Positions 27,324 to 40,665 of a DNA stretch of 64,000 nucleotides are shown here, piece after piece (within the stretch, counting starts at the first letter, position 1; every line of letters begins with the position of its first letter). This stretch comes from Octopus vulgaris (lineage: Eukaryota). The position numbers and the translations under genes are program-made. The stretch is from NCBI GenBank assembly GCA_951406725.2, contig OX597817.1, forward strand, positions 159,340,001 to 159,404,000. The letters are read 5' to 3'. Below the pieces are notes generated by a model. That model did not search any database. It was given only the letters and a program-made list of their open reading frames with translations, and was not told the origin of the DNA.

Positions 27324-29224
27324 TAAAAACTCTGTGTAAATGAGAGAAAAAGCATTTAAGCTCACCCTGTATAACTTCAATCAAGATTTACTCTCTCACT
27401 ACAAGACATTTGTACTCAGAGCCAGATCTGGTTTCAGCCGGGTTGATAACGAAAGGGTTAAATTAATCTTGTATTAACTTGTAGATTCAGGAATTTAATG
27501 ATTTGATTGCTTATTTTTAGAATGACATTGTAGGATAGGTGTGAGACATTGCATCTGGTTATTTTGAATATAAAACGGAGTATTGAGTTGGATATGGCCA
27601 GTTTAAATATTAAAGAGTCAAGACAGCAGGGTGTGATTTCTGAGATTTTGCTGCTATCTCTAGCAGGTTAAGGGATTATGTAAAGACTCTTCTTTTTAAC
27701 CCATCTTGTAAGAAGTTGGTTTAGGGATTAGATATGCCTTGTGAAGGTAGATTTGTCTGACATTTGGAAGATAGTAAAAGCAGTACAACGAATGCATATG
27801 GAGGTGTGAGTTGACTAACTTGTGTGATGATATTAAGATCAAAATGTTGCTAAATTCCACACCAATTGTTTACATAATTTTGTTTTGACCAAAAGCCTTG
27901 TTTCCAGCATTAGGTTAGTAAACAAGTGAATAGCCTGATAGGGCATTAACTTCTGGTGACCTTTGACCTTTTTGGAAGGATGGTTCAGGCTGATTACCAA
28001 ACCAAAAACAAAACAAAAATTATAATGATGAAATAAAATAAAAGCGAAGCGAAACGAAACAAAACAAAACATATTTGTGGAAAATTACTGTCTTATGTAA
28101 ATATGAAACAGAAACCAGCAATGTCATCATTATCACTCCCATCACCCTCTGTATCATCATCATCATCATCACCATCATCATCAATTATAGCTTCATTATC
28201 ATCAAGAGGAATATGATAGTTCTAATTAGATTTATTTACAATCACAGAATTTTACATGCTGTTTATTTATTTATTTATTTTTTGTTCAGTGTTTGTGTGT
28301 GATTTCTGTGAATGTGTATGTGTGTGTCATATACACACACTTACATACGATATATACAGACACACATGAGGTATGCACACATTAGAAATGTGAGAAGGGT
28401 GATAACCACTGACTGCACCCTCATGGGCCATACACCACATTATACTACTCTATTATGCAAGGGTCTTAATTATTTGTAACCATGGTGTGTGTGTGTTGGT
28501 TTTGTGTATTGAAATCAAAATGATTCTCTAACACTTCTCGCAATTATTACGTGATCTACTTAGTTTTTTTTTTATTTACTTATTTTGTTGTTATTGGGTA
28601 ATGTAGCATCTCTAGTTTATTATAAAGTATTACAAAAAAAAAAATAATAAGTCAGTTGTCCTTTATTTCTTTCAAAACACTTAAAATATACCCCTAGCAT
28701 GGTGTTTGCACTTGTCATGTAGGCAAAGGACCTTGTAAGTTACATTTGAACATTTCAAGCTTTGGCTGAAAGTCTTTTATTCGTCCTGGACTAAGTATTT
28801 GATTCTAGTTAGAAGTCGTCGTAACAAACAAACAACAGCATGTTAGTCAAACTACACCAAATGTTCATTTATCAGTATCATTTCAGTACAATATTCTTAA
28901 TAGTTTAATATTACAAGAAGAGAGTTGTTGGTAGAGTGAAAGTGCATATCTCTTGCTGTATTCATTGATGTCCCATTACTTTTTCTAAATTTAAACCCCA
29001 TGGTAACTTTGCCTTTCATCCTTCCAAGGTTGATAGATATCAGTCATGTAGTTACGGGGGAGGGAATGTTTTGTGCTTGTTTTTTTTTTTTTGTTTTTTT
29101 GCTTTTTTTTTAATAGTTCAAATGACCTACATCTAGAGGTTGATATAATCAGCTGTATTCTTACCTAAACTGTGTAGCTTTGTACCTATGTTAAAAAGTA
29201 ATATTTTAATATTTTTGATACTCA

Positions 29225-29540
29225 AGGCGGTGAGTTGGCAGAAACGTTAGCATGCTGGGCAAAATGCTTAGCAGTATTTTGTCTGTCTTTACGTTCTGAG
29301 CTCAAATTCCGTCAAGGTCAACTTTGCCTTTCATCCTTTCAGAGTCGATAAATTGCGTACTGGGGTCGACCTAATTGACTGCCCCCCCCCACCTCCCCAA
29401 AAATTTCAGGCCTTGTGCTTGGAGTAGAAAAGAATACTTTTGATATTCATAAAGACAGTGAGCTGGTAAAGTTGTTAGCATGCTAGGCAAAATACTTAGT
29501 GGTATTTCGTCTGTCTTTGTGTTCTGAGTTCAAATTTCAT
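29225..29540 (+). mobile_element. SINE family C (alternative CAAAATTTCAGGCCTTGTGC tail) plus a second head fragment
   Basis: Similarity to the C core. Confidence 0.8.
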
Positions 29541-29833
29541 CAACTCTACCCTGGCTCTTCTATACTGCCCTTGGCCTGAACAGCCACCTCTGACACCAGC
29601 ACCCTTCACATCCATCAAGATGAAGAGGCTCAGTCACAGGCTACAGATCTCTTACTCAGATATGAGTTAACGCTGATGATAGTTTAGAGGAGCAGAAAGG
29701 GAACAGAGTATTTCTGTCACTTAAAGGTTTATGGTGTCTTGATGAGTGAATCTTAGGTGATTGGCTGTGCATCCTTTGTCTATGTGGTCTTGTGAGTGAG
29801 GGATGGAGAGAGAGGTGGGGTGCAAGCAAGCAA

Positions 29834-30180
29834 GTTAGTTAGTTGGTTAATTTTGGCTCAAAAGCAAATAGCAAGGCCATGTAGGGGGACATGGAGTTAA
29901 GTACAGGGTGGTGTTCATGTAAAGAGTTCAGGCCACTTGAGGTCAAGGGAGACTTTGAACAAAGCGGTCGTCGGCATCTTCACCATCTCGTCTGGCAGCT
30001 TGTTCCACGGATCCGCAACCCAGACGGAGAAAGCTCCTCTCCTTCGATTGAGATGAAATCGTCGCAGGTAGAGCTTTTCGACGATTTCATCTCAATCGAA
30101 GGAGAGGAGCTTTCTCCGTCCGGGTTGCGGATCCGTGGAACAAGCTGCCAGACGAGATGGTGAAGATGCCGACGTCCGCT
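29834..30180 (-). mobile_element. 5'-truncated CR1/L2-type LINE 3' end with fold-back inverted duplication
   Basis: The minus strand reads KLYLRRFHLNRRRGAFSVWVADPWNKLPDEMVKMPTTALFKVSLD followed by an (AACT)n tail. 29963-30064 is inverted at 30079-30180. Confidence 0.85.
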
Positions 30181-30385
30181 AGTATTATCATACTAGATAT
30201 GGGAGCACAGTCAGTAATGGTTTGAAGCTGAAATATTTCCTAGCTCTGTAAAAGAGTTGTTTTGGTCGGCCACTTCAGATTTTTATCAATTAATCAGAAA
30301 ATGAGGGACAGTACCCATGCCTTTTTATTTTTTTATTTTATTTTATTTTTTTAATAATAGCCTTCTCTCCCCAGATTAGTAAGGT

Positions 30386-30638
30386 TCTAGCTATTGGAAC
30401 TTGTTCCAAGTTGATATTCCCTTATCATCCCTCATTATTTCCTGCAGACATCATCATCATCATCGTTTAACGTCTGTTTTCCATGCTAGCATGGGTTGGA
30501 CAATTTGCCAGTCCTCAGTCTAATTGTCCAACCCATGCTAGCATAGAAAACGGATGTTAAACGATGATGATGATGTCTGCAGGAAATAATGAAGGATGAT
30601 AAGGGAATATCATCTTGGAACAAGTTCCAGTAGCTAGA
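30386..30638. repeat. Palindrome of SINE family D tail plus flanking DNA
   Basis: ~118-bp arms and a 16-nt loop TGCCAGTCCTCAGTCT. Confidence 0.9.
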
Positions 30639-30639
30639 T

Positions 30640-31154
30640 TAATTCTCAACTGGAGTCCATATGATCCTTGGATGACCAGGTAAGATTTTGTTAAAATTCA
30701 TGTACAACAAATTAGTTGTACATCTACAATACACAAAACATTAAAATTTTTTATACAATTCCTAATATTTTAATCATAAAAGCATTTATAGGAATTTTTA
30801 AACATTTCGAGCGTGATCGTTACCAACGTCGCTTCACTGGCACGTGTAAAAAAGATTCGAGTGCGGTCGTTGCCAGTACTGCCTGACTGGCGCCCATGCC
30901 GGTGGCACGTAAAAAGCACCCACTACACTCTCGGAGTGGTTGGCATTAGGAAGGGCATCCAGCTGTAGAAACTCTGCCAGATCAAGATTGGAGCCTGATG
31001 CAGCCATCTGGTTTGCCAGCCCTCAGTCAAAATCGTCCAACCCATGCTAGCATGGAAAGCGGACGTTAAATGATGATTAAGTGGTTATGAGGGTGCATCT
31101 GAGTAAAACAGGAATCAAAGGGGTCCACAGATAAAGATTGCTTGAGAAATACTG
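30640..31154. mobile_element. Degraded hAT-type MITE containing a nested SINE family D copy
   Basis: TTCTCAAC...TTGAGAAATACTG ends, GGGGTCCA motifs and (A/T)GCTAGAT flanks. Confidence 0.55.
30806..31076 (+). mobile_element. SINE family D (RTE-related body, (TGA)n tail), 5'-truncated
   Basis: GGCATTAGGAAGGGCATCCAGCTGTAGAAAC motif and tail, shared with the copies at 26560, 37628 and 40480. Confidence 0.8.
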
Positions 31155-32694
31155 TGCTAGATATGAACTGAGATGATACAAAATAATGAAATGTGAATCA
31201 GATTTGAACACACTAACCATGAGCAGTTAAGTATCTAATCACATGACCTTTCTCCCTCTGTATAATATAGATATACAATATGCCACACAATATTCAAGAT
31301 CCCATCCAGTCAAATCTCCTAAAAGTTTGTCTGTCACTCTTTCAAATGTTAGATACTCTTCCTTGCTCCATTGTAAGCTCCTGAGCTCACAACTCCTTTT
31401 TGGGAAAGGGGGAGTAGCAGATACTCATGAACTTCTCTTAATTAGTTGCCCTTTGAAGTTCCAAGAGTAAACATAAATACCCTTATTGGCCTGTGAGGTG
31501 GATAATCTTTTATCCTAGATTATCTTTTACTAATCTAATCTGCTAACTGTTCTGTTGACCTCCATTTCAGAGCTGTTTTGTTTTTGTGTACAGAAGGACC
31601 TAGTGGTTGTCTCAGGTGGTGGTGGTGGTGGTGTAAGAGCAGAGCAGCATCTGTTGGTTGGCTGGTTGGTTAGATAGTTGTGGTGGTGGTGGTTGTAGTA
31701 GTAGTAGTAATGATGGTTGTTGTATGGTATAGAGTAGGCCTTTGGTGGTGGAGGAAATGGCAGTCATATACAGCAGTTTGTATTGCCTGGTGAAGGTAGT
31801 GGTAGTGGGGGGGTGATTGCAGTAGTAGTAGTAGTAGTATTGTGTACAGTAAGATTTGCTGCCAGGTGATTTGGTGGTAGTAGTGGTTGTAGTAGTAATA
31901 GTAAATTGGTCATGGTGCTGCTATTTCTTCTAGATGACAGTGATGACGATGATGATGATGATGCTTGTGGAAGGAATAGTGTCCTTGGAGAGTGGTGGTG
32001 GCAGTTGTCTGGATATGGGGACGGAGTGAAGTTATACTGATTGGATGATAATAGTAGTAGGGGTGAGAGTGTGGTCGTAATGTTAATAACAGTGGTAGTG
32101 GTGGTGCTAATTTTGGTAATGGTATGGTGGTGGTGTCAGTGTCAGTGGTGGTGGTGGTGGTGGTGGTGGTAACTATGATGGTATCCATTTAACTGTTGAA
32201 CTGATCCCAGACCGTTTTATTTCTAGCTGCTTGGCATCATGGCTGAGTCTGTGAATGGCCTTAGTCTATTGATTTAAGCAGCAGCTAATATCATCTTGCT
32301 GCAGGCAGTTGCTGTTAGTGCTGCTGCAGCTGCTTCACTTATGGTAGTGGTGGTGGTGGTGGTGGGGGGGTTAGTTTTGGTTTACTGCCCCCCCTCACCT
32401 GCCCCTATTGTTTTTGTTATTTTCTTTAAGATTTAGTGAGGTGATGGTTGTGGTGGGCATGGCAGGCATGGTGGTGGTAGATAATGTGACTGATGGAGCC
32501 ATTATTGGTAGTTATGGTAGTGGTGATGCTACACATGATAGTGATGGTAATTGTGAGAGAAGTCATAGCAGCAGCAGCAGTAGTAATAGTAGTAGTAGTT
32601 GAATTGGTGTCGGTTATATTGGTTGTATCTGTTGCTTAGCCCTAAGGTGCACCCTAAACAAACAAGATTTATAGTCAAACCTGTTCCACCCTTG

Positions 32695-33078
32695 TGGAGG
32701 CGCAATGGCCCAGTGGTTAGGGCAGCGGACTCGCGGTCATAGGGTCGCAGTTTCGATTCCCAGACCGGGCGTTGTGAGTGTTTATTGAGCGAAAACACCT
32801 AAAGCTCGACGAGGCTCCGGCAGGGGATGGTGGTGATCCCTGCTGTACTTTTTCACCACAACTTTCTCTCACTCTTACTTCCTGTTTCTGTTGTACCTGT
32901 ATTTCAAGGGGCCCGCCTTGTCACTCTCTGTGTCACGCTGAATATCCCCGAGAACTACGTTAAGGGTACACGTGGCTGTGGAGTGCTCAGCCACTTACAC
33001 GTTAATTTCACGAGCAGGCTGTTCCGTTGATTCGGATCAACCGGAACCCTCATCATCGTAACCGACGGAGTGCTTCCA
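32695..33078 (+). mobile_element. SINE family B
   Basis: Full length, with 13-bp TSD TGTTCCACCCTTG. Confidence 0.92.
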
Positions 33079-33220
33079 TGTTCCACCCTTGACCATTCCC
33101 TAGGCGGTGGTCACCCCATTTCCTTATAGTCCAGGTATGTGACACCCTTAATGACATTTTTTTGTCAGTTGTATTATTAAAGTTTAAAACCTTGTAACTC
33201 CCTCAAACTATCATTCATTG

Positions 33221-33593
33221 AAGTGCTTCCCAGTTGTTTTTTTGCCTATGGACCCCTTTTGATTCTTATCTGACTCATCTGAACCCCTATAGCCATTCAA
33301 TGTTTAAAAAAATTCTATTGTTTTTATAATCAGATATTACTCTTTTACTCTTTTGTTTCTGTTATTTGACTGTGGCCATGCTGGAGCACTGCCTTTAGTC
33401 GAGCAAATCGACCCCAGGACTTATTCTTTGGAAGCCTAGTACTTATTCTATTGGTCTCTTTTGCCGAACCGCTAAGTTACAGGCACATAAACACACCACT
33501 ATCAGTTGTCAAGCGATGTTGGTGGGGACAAATACAGACACACATACACACACACATACACACACACACATACATACATACATATATATATAC

Positions 33594-33649
<56 letters not shown>

Positions 33650-33932
33650 CGGGCTTCTTTCACTTTCCGTCTACCAAATCCACTCACAAGGCTTTGGTCA
33701 GCCCGAGGCTATAATAGAAGACACTTGCCCAAGGTGCCACACAGTGGGACTGAACCCAGAACCATGTGGTTCGTAAGCAAGCTACTTACCACACAGCCAC
33801 TTCTGCTAGATGAATTATGAGAGATTGTATAAAAAAATTAAAATATTTTATGCATTACAGAAGTATCAACAATTTATTGCACGTTCTTATATGGACCCCT
33901 AGGTATTGTGTGGACCAGGTTGAGAACCACTG
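33221..33932. mobile_element. hAT-type MITE interrupted by SINE A
   Basis: TATGGACCCC subterminal motifs and a GGTTGAGAACCACTG end; related to 46888-47207. Confidence 0.6.
33339..33805 (-). mobile_element. SINE family A with expanded internal (CA)n(TA)n
   Basis: Matches family A. Confidence 0.88.
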
Positions 33933-34369
33933 GTTTATAGCTTTATAGTGTCACAGCATCTCAATTGGAAACCATCAATATGTCCGGTGGGGGGGGGGGG
34001 GGGTGATAGGGTGTGACTAGAAAAATATGCTGCTACTTCTAGTTGGCTGAGGGACCATGCAGACCATGTGTAATTAGCTTTGTGTTTTTAAGGGCACCTT
34101 CTGACATGACAGTGGGATATATTTGCATACTGTTGATAAGGTATAAGGGGTTTTACAAAAAAAAGAAAAAAAAAAAAAGAGTTCATTTGTTCAGTTGGTA
34201 GAGAGATGGGTAAAATACTTTGTAGTACAAGTTCAAATCTCACTGAAGTCAACTTTCTCTTTCTGATATTTGACAGAGTAAGTACCCATCAAGGACAGGG
34301 TTAAACCAAATCGATTACATTTTTTCTCGAAATTGTGCCTAAGTTTATTATTATTATGATTATTATTGT

Positions 34370-35020
34370 GGTAAAATGTTAGCACACCAGACAAAATGCT
34401 TAGTGTGATTTTTCTGGCTTTGTTCAGAGTTCAAATGCTGCTGGGGTTAGCTTTGCCTTCCATCATTTCACGGTTGATAAAATAAGTACCGTTGAACACT
34501 GGGGTTAATGTAATTGACTGTCCCTCTGCCCCAAAATTTTAGGTCTTGTTCTCATAGTAGAAAGGATTATTATTGTTATTACTATTATTGTACAAGGTGG
34601 CATTTCCTGTCTTTATGACTGGAGTTCAAATTTCGCTGAGGCTGACTTTACCTTTAATCCTTCTAGACTCGATAAAATAAGTACCAGTTGAACACTGGGT
34701 TCGATGTAATCAACTTAGTTCCTTCCTCTGAATTGCTGGCCATGTGCCCAAATTTGAAATTATTATTAAGGTCGCGAGCTGGCAAGATACTTTGCTGTAT
34801 TTAGTCTATCTTTATGTTCCAAGTTCAAATTTCATCGAGTCCAACTTTACCTTTCATCTTTTCTGGGTTGATAAAATAGATATCAGTTACGCACTGGGGG
34901 CCAATGTAATCAACTAGCCCCTCCCCCAAAAAATTTCAGGCCTTGTACCCATTGTAGAAAGGTTTATTATTATATATTATATAACTTTGCCTTTCTTACA
35001 TCCTGGGTCAATAAAAAATA
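34370..35020 (+). mobile_element. Tandem run of 3-4 diverged SINE family C units
   Basis: Repeated AGTTCAAAT...TTTRCCTT..ATC...GATAAAATAAGTACC...ACTGGG blocks. Confidence 0.75.
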
Positions 35021-35029
35021 AAGTAAACT

Positions 35030-35434
35030 AGGCGTGACTATGTGGTAAGTAGCTTGCTTATGAACCTCATGGTTCTGGGTTCAGTCCCACTGCGTAGCAC
35101 CTTGGGCAAGTGTTTTCTACTATAGCCTCGGGCCGACCAAAGCCTTGTGAGTGGATTTGGTAGACGGGAGCTGAAAGAAGCCGGTCATATATATGTATGT
35201 GTGTGTGTGTGTGTGTGTTTGTGTGCCTGTGTTTGTCTGTCCCCCAACACTGCTTGACAACCAATGGTGGTGTGTTTACGTCCCCATAACTTAGCGGTTT
35301 GGCAAAAGAGACCGATAGAATAAGTACTAGGCTTCCAAAGAATAACTCCTGGGGTCGATTTGCTCGACTAAAGGTGGTACTCCAGCATGGCCACAATCAC
35401 ATGACTGAAACAAGTAAAAGAGTAAAGAGAGAGT
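35030..35434 (+). mobile_element. SINE family A
   Basis: Full length. Confidence 0.88.
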
Positions 35435-36264
35435 AACAGACAAGTATAGGGATGTCAATGATATTGACTAACCCCCTCTTCCAAAATTCAGGCCTTGTGC
35501 CTGTGCTAGACATGTTTATTGACTACCGTATTAGTAGATGTTGTGGTAATACTTGCTGCTACAAATGTTGTTGTTGATGTTGCAGTTATGTAGTTGATTA
35601 GCCCCAGGTCAACCAAGATCCAGTAAACCTATGATCAAAAGCATTCTTATCTTTGATCATTGTTTTTTTTTTTTTTTGGCAGGGGGGGGGGTCATTCTAT
35701 GTGCAGGGCCCAAAATCTTATTATCCAACATGTCCTTTTTCTTAGACGATAAGGTATGATTTTGGTGACTCAGCTGCTATTTCTAGCAGGTTGAATGACT
35801 GCATAGAGGCACCTTTGTTGTCTCAGTTACCGCTGTTCTGTTTTCTTTTTCTAACATGTGTCTCTACAGAGCTCTATATATGTTCTAATGCACCTGCATG
35901 TGTATATGTGTACACATAGCCATATGCAAAAGATGTGTGCATGTGTGTGTGTGTGTGATGACATTTGTGGGCATGTATGTTTTATTTCAGTATGTAAATG
36001 TAATGTAAACACACGTATGTGTGCGTGTGTGTGTGTGTGTGTGTGTATTTCTCTGTATACGTATATTCACATTTATGTGTGTATATGAATCTGTATATAA
36101 TGTAATGTAACATTTGCATATATGTAATATGCATGTATGGTGCAACCATATTTCTGTCTGCAAGCAACTGTGTGTGTATGTATGTATGTATGTATGTATG
36201 TATGTATGTATGTATGTGCCTGTGTCAGCACATATATATATAATGCAGTATAAGCGCATACTTA

Positions 36265-36315
<51 letters not shown>

Positions 36316-37372
36316 AATGACTGTGCATTTATGATGTAATGCACTGCAGCCTTTGTAAGTCTTCATGCATTCACAGTATCTGTACAGACAGACGTGCGTG
36401 CGTGTGTGTGTGTGTGTGTGTGCATGCATGCACCTATATATCTGTGGAGTATTTGTGCAGACACAAGCACAATGTAATATTTTCTCGGATGTTGCCTGGA
36501 GATTTATATCCTCTAATTTTCAGTAATTTGCAGAAATCAACCTGGTGTTGTTTTGTTGCATTGTTAGACAGTTTGCAGTTAGTGCATCTGCACTCGATGG
36601 TGCATTTATATGCATTTATGCACACACATTTCGTAGACATCCTCACTTTTATCAAGGAAATCTAAAATTTACATTCTCTTGCATATTTTTTTTTCTTTTA
36701 TCTTTTACTTGTTTCAGTCATTGGACTGTGGCCATGCTGGGGTTGCTCCTATTCCTCAGAGTTTTACAGAAACCTGAAGAACCCATATTTGTCCTGTTTC
36801 CCTACAATGTTTAGGAACCTTCCTTTATAAACAAAGCTTATTCTGGTAATTTAAAAAAAATAGATTTGTTTCAGTGAAGCCCCTTTTTTTCACGTTGTGC
36901 TGTTTTTGTTGCAGTCACGCCCTTTATTTTGCACATTCAACTTCTTTAGTTAGCTCTTTGTCTCTCAAGGACATACTTCCCTTGCATCCATGTATCCTAC
37001 TTGGTACAGATTTCCAATTTCTTTAACCACCTGAGTAACTTGAAACTTATAAAAGGAAAGCTTTGCATTACTCAGAACGAATGAAACAAGGGCTATCTTA
37101 AAGTCTGAAGACAAACAGACAGACAGAACAAACTTATGAAAATGCTTTGGACAGGCAAAGTGTTAATGTAAAAAAAAAAAAAGCTAGGATGAGAAGGAAG
37201 AAAAAAAAAACGACTAATGCCAGTTTCAAGGGCAAGTCATTAATTAACCATAATGAACTTAATATTTGCACTATTAGCAGAAAAATTAGTTGCAGATGCA
37301 TCAGTAGACATGTTCTAGTTACCTTAGTGCAGGTTTGAACTTGAAACATCAGGTTGTAATTGTTACATTAAC

Positions 37373-37627
37373 CATGGCTGTGCTGTTTTGCATTTGCTCC
37401 AAAGAAGAGCAACATTCAGTGATCTGTTTGCAGTGAACAAATGATTTCAGCTCAGCATGGAAAAATTCAAAGATGGTCTCTTAAATGACATGTGTTAAAT
37501 AAGAGCCATATACCCCAAAATGTCCTGAATTGATGTCATTGAACCAGTCCATGACACACCTCTGATCTGACGAACAGATGGGTAACTGTTGATGACATTC
37601 CAAATAATATGCAAATAAGTCATGGTT
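37373..37627 (+). pseudogene. Mariner transposase N-terminal relic
   Basis: MAVLFCICSKEEQHSVICL and, further on, LTNRWVTVDDI.NNMQISHGS resemble mariner HTH regions. Confidence 0.65.
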
Positions 37628-37745
37628 CATCATCATTATAGGTTTAACATATGCTCTTCCATGCCAGCATGGGTCCGATGGAATTTTGTTGAAACAGATT
37701 TTCTATGGCTGGATGCTCTTCCCGTTACCAACTTATACCCGTTTC
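37628..37745 (-). mobile_element. SINE family D-related diverged copy
   Basis: CATCATCAT..TTTAAC..TTCCATGC.AGCATGGG...GCTGGATGC.CTTCC. Confidence 0.65.
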
Positions 37746-37894
37746 CAAGGAAGGTAATATTTCTCCATGATCAGACATGTTTCCATGGAAGACTGGAAAT
37801 GGAGAATACTGCTTGCCTGGCAATGTGTGTCACTCATTTACATTTGTCGTGTGATGTCAAAGCAAAGAGACAGTAAGTCTCTCATGCACACTCA

Positions 37895-38110
37895 TGAGGG
37901 TGTGCTGAAAAGTCCCCGGTTTTAAGTGTATTGTGAAAGGCCTGGTTGGAGGCCCACATTCCGAGTTCTTTTACATGGCTTACAAAAACTAAAGGACCAT
38001 TGTAATAAGTGTGTGAATCTGAGAGGGGAATATGTTTAATGAAATTATGATTAACTGATCCCTTTGTACGTTCTTATACCCAAAGCCAGGAACTTTTCAG
38101 CACTCCCTCC
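37895..38110. mobile_element. Tc1/mariner-type MITE
   Basis: GAGGGTGTGCTGAAAAGT...ACTTTTCAGCACTCCCTC TIRs, with TA at the right end. Confidence 0.75.
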
Positions 38111-39974
38111 TATACAACAGGATTCTTTCAGTTCAGTTTCTATCAACCAAATTCACAGACAAGGCTTTGGTTGGCCTGAAAGCACTGGCCCAAAGTGCCA
38201 CACAATAAGAAACTTATACAGCCATGATTGTGCCTGTGGTTCTCCTTATAAAATCATCCACAACAGACTTTGCTGTTGTAAAATGTGTGCATCACAGGTC
38301 CCAAAGCAACTCGCAGAATTGCACAATCATTTTGAAAGTTGTCAGCAGCTTTCACATTGCTATGTTAATAAAGATAATGCCTTTAAAAAAATCACTTATG
38401 AAAATTCTTATCAGCAAATTACATGTAATTAATAACTTGTCCTCATTTACTACTTTGAGTTATTTCTTTTCTTTAGTTCCCGTGTTTTAAGTTGGAGAGG
38501 CGAGGTAACCAAGTACATAGGGTATTCTTCACAGGTCACAAGTTCAAATCTATTGCAAGTGTTTGGTTGTTAAGAACAGTACTTTTTATTCAACATTACC
38601 CTAGTTCACCATACTGTGTTATGAAATAAGTCTCAGATCATCTGATAGTGTTACCTATCATAGACAGGTGTCCTTTTTGGTTGTGGGATCGTTAATATCT
38701 CTCTTCACTTCATGAAATGAAACCAGATCTAAGCTCTGGTCCTTTCAGATTTAAGGAGCATTTACTTGTACTGATTACATCGCTCAAATTGTATTCTTAT
38801 ATACTCTTCTTGAACTTGAAATCTGTCCACAAATTTGCTATAGAAGCATTATTTAGGAGTCTATATACAAAACGTAACAGATCTTTTTTTTGAAGCTGAA
38901 GTTGTGTGTGTATTTGTTTAATTATTTATGATTACATAGAAGCGGCATATATACATATTCATTTTTTTTTTTTTACCTGAAATTTAATTTTAAATTTAAT
39001 TTTTATTTGTATTTTAAGTAGTGGATACAGTTGCTTTAATACAATTGTGTGTGTATTGAAAGTGAGAGACAAAAAGTAAATCCAAATTGATTTGTCTTGT
39101 GTTCACATTTAATTATTTGATTAAAATATACAGGTGTGACGTTTTCATAAACTAAATTTGGTTGTGGGTAAGAATATCAAACTAGAGAAGGAAAAATACC
39201 CTTTCAAAAAAAAAAAAAAAAAAAAACCTACTGAAACTTTGAACTTTAGTTTAAATTTAATAAAAATAATTTTTATTTTTCTTATTCAAATATTTCATAA
39301 ATAGTTAAATTCAATTTAATCTTTAATTTAAATTTTAGATTCTCTTCTGCACACGTTTTATGTTTTGAAATAATTTCAGTTGAATAAGTTATTTTTCAAA
39401 CTAAAAAATTGATTGAATCCTTGCCCTCCACTTCAAATAACTGACCCTCTTGAACTGAAAATGTCATCGTAAGATACAAAACTGTTTGCTTTACGTACTG
39501 TTGAGGTTGCACATCATCTGCACCCACTACCCTACTACTACTACTGCGTACTCTGGATTACATTGAGTGCCATTATAACTTTCCTCTATCTGCTGTGTTT
39601 TGCTTCAATGCTCTTGTCTTATCTTAATGTTGTGTATATTTCATGTTGTGTCATGCTTTTGACACATGTCTGTCACACTGTCACACTTCTGATACACTCC
39701 TGATGTATGACTGCTAAATAGTCCTTAATCTATATATGGCCATAGGAGGGGATATGAGTTGGAGATGCATATCGCCCCTTCTCTCACACCATTATAAGCA
39801 CATGTGTGTGTATGTACACACATTTTAAGTATATTTTGTTTTAAAGAAATATCATGAGATATAAAGCAAAGTATATATAATTTTATCTGTAAAAGTTGAA
39901 AATGCTACTGGAGTTATCTAGGAACCTAGAGTTTCATGTCTAAACACTTATTAAAAAAATCGTATACATGACAG

Positions 39975-40320
39975 TACTTACTTGTACTTGTGGCGACATT
40001 CACCCTGGGCGGGTTGAGTCGGCTTCTTCTACTCTTGGAAGAAGTTTCGTGGGAATATGTGGATTTCACAAGCGGTCCCCAACAATCCCACATGTGGAGA
40101 CATCCTGTTTGCCGCAGATTGTCTGCAGACGCAGGGACAGAGCGACTGAGGAGCCACCGGTTGCTGAAGCAGACACTCCGAGGATTTTCACCAGAGCCCC
40201 GCCTGCCGGGTTGTGGCCCTAATACCAAAGTCCATCCCCTCCTCACCGTGGTGGGGATTCTGGCAACAGGTAGTGTCAGAGCTATGCTGTCAGGAACTTC
40301 GGTTCCTGGTAGGGCTACTC
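39975..40320 (+). mobile_element. GC-rich fragment, probably an RTE-clade LINE 5' UTR
   Basis: CACCGTGGTGGGG...GAGCTATGCTG...CCTGGTAGGG resembles RTE/Expander 5' UTRs (recalled similarity only). Confidence 0.45.
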
Positions 40321-40479
40321 TCTCCCTCTCTCTTGCAACTAATGTAAACATGTATCCCGTCTACTGCAAGACAACTATTTTTGTCCCCCTGTTTATACTC
40401 TAACTTCTCATCATCTGGCACAAAGCCATCTTTGTTCTGCTCCTTCCCTCAGTTGAGAAGTCTTGTTTTGCGAGTTACC

Positions 40480-40665
40480 AGCACTGTTGCTGGTGTCATG
40501 TAAAAGGGATCCAGTACACCCTATAAACTGATTGGCATTAGGAAGGGCATCCAGCTGTAAAAAAACCATGCTAAAGCAGAGCTTGGTGCAGTCTTCTGAC
40601 TTGCCAGCTCCTCTCAGACCATGCCAATCCATGCCAACATGGAAGGAGGATGTTAAATGATGACT
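40480..40665 (+). mobile_element. SINE family D diverged copy
   Basis: GGCATTAGGAAGGGCATCCAGCTGTA motif and GTTAAATGATGA tail. Confidence 0.7.
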
